A stretch of 63,062 nt of DNA, the filler included, from Neoconidiobolus thromboides FSU 785 (lineage: Eukaryota; Fungi; Entomophthoromycota), in the NCBI GenBank assembly GCA_025603075.1. It is 12 parts of 12 records of this genome, joined end to end, with 100 filler letters (N's around TTAATTAATTAA, not from the genome) between each part and the next. Parts side by side here need not be neighbours in the genome. Positions count along the whole stretch, not along the records: positions 60,843 to 63,062 come from MU626866.1; 11 more parts are not named here. The stretch is one strand, 5' to 3'. The notes beneath the pieces were generated by a model. It was not told the origin of the DNA and did no database searches. It worked only from the letters and a program-made list of their open reading frames with translations. Numbering within the stretch: the first letter of the stretch is position 1; every line of letters begins with the position of its first letter. The position numbers and the translations under genes are program-made. This document shows, one piece after another, positions 62,206-63,062 of this stretch.

Positions 62206-62456
62206 ATATTATTTAATTTGTGAAATAACATAATTTGCACTATAGTTTATAAGTTTATAAACTATAGTCATTTTTAATAAGCTAAGCAATTATGAAAAAT
62301 TAAATTTCCCCTCTAAATCCTTTTATGATAATGATATTTTAAACTATTTTCATCCAAATACAACACTTTTTACACCTTTAATGAAAGATAATTGATATTT
62401 GGTATAATAACCTTTATGCTCATTGATAAATAAAGCACCATTTATCCCCATTTAAC

Positions 62457-62562
62457 AATGGTGACGTTTTTTTTGGCTTTCATCATTCTTTTTCTATCTT
62501 TAAGCGCTATTTAAGTGGAAAAATCGTTAGTAAAATCTTTAAATACAGATAGATCCCCATAT
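62457..62562 (-). mobile_element. MITE family copy
   Basis: TAAGCGCTATTTAAGTGGAAAAATCGTTAGTAAAATC...GATCCCCATAT. Confidence 0.85.
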
Positions 62563-62867
62563 ATCAAATGTATTACAATATTGAATACAAAATTTTAAAC
62601 CCTACCTATGTAGATTGTTTTAAGTATATTACATGGGATCTATACGTTTTTGATGTAAATCTTTTATGAAACATTTTTAATACTGAGTTTAAGTTTATTG
62701 CTATATCTAAATACTAACAAAGAATTTAATTTAGTAAATATTTAAGGCTATAATATCAAATTTTATATTAAATTTCAAATTGTGCTTTAACTAATTGGTA
62801 TATATGATGTATATTGTTGTTCTTTTTGTCATTTGGTATTAAATTTTATTAATTATAAACTTAAAAA

Positions 62868-62972
62868 ATAAGGATGTATTTTTTGTTTAAGAACTTTACT
62901 AACAATCTTTCTGCTAAATAGCGCTTAAAAAAATGGAAAAAGTGATGGAACTAAAAAAAAGCGGTTCCATAT
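62868..62972 (+). mobile_element. MITE family copy (first of a head-to-tail pair)
   Basis: GGATGTATTTTTTGTTTAAGAAC...AAATAGCGCTTAAAAAAATGG...TTCCATAT. Confidence 0.88.
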
Positions 62973-63062
62973 GGGGATGTGTTTTTGTATTTAAGAATTT
63001 TACTAGCAATTTTTCCACTTAAATAACGCTTAAAAGATGTAAAAATAATGAAATCAAAAAAA
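62969..63062 (+). mobile_element. MITE family copy (second of the pair, cut by window end)
   Basis: ATATGGGGATGTGTTTTTGTATTTAAGAATTTTACTAG... shares the ATAT at 62969-62972 with the previous copy. Confidence 0.9.

Noticed and set aside
61939-63062. Clustered repeats resembling a CRISPR array or REP cluster
   Set aside because: Units are ~105 bp, in mixed orientation, with TIRs and irregular spacing. There are no cas genes and the context is eukaryotic.
1-63062. tRNA or rRNA genes
   Set aside because: No GC-rich structured segment or cloverleaf signature was seen by eye. tRNAscan-SE/Infernal were not run.

Overview
This is AT-rich eukaryotic DNA with short GT-AG introns of about 45-60 bp. 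It is most consistent with an early-diverging fungus, possibly Zoopagomycota/Entomophthoromycotina (inference). The window is not contiguous: it joins 12 contigs with 100-bp N spacers carrying an artificial TTAATTAATTAA linker, so adjacency across spacers has no biological meaning. Recognisable genes are two M1 aminopeptidase fragments, an aldo-keto reductase, two SGNH/GDSL-like proteins, a P450 C-terminus, Ptc7, Med10, MCAD, patatin, a PX-BAR sorting nexin, an AA11-type LPMO with CBM19, a Rae1-like WD40 protein, Glo1, mitochondrial L12, Vcx1, an ABCB transporter and dynactin p150. The most interesting signals, largely missed by the ORF track, are: (1) an intronless, decayed gene resembling the bacterial CqsA/LqsA quorum-sensing autoinducer synthase, embedded in fungal DNA at about 42.6-43.4 kb; (2) an intact 456-aa protein that fuses a mariner transposase DNA-binding domain to an array of about 13 18-aa Asn/Met-rich repeats and lacks the DDE domain, a candidate domesticated transcription factor; (3) about 24 copies of a ~105-bp fold-back MITE (ATATGGGG...CCCCATAT), with a possible PIF/Harbinger-type transposase relic beside the densest cluster; (4) a tandem trio of intronless orphan paralogs with a gene-conversion tract and a shared promoter motif. 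All alignments were made by eye from recalled family motifs; no database searches were run.
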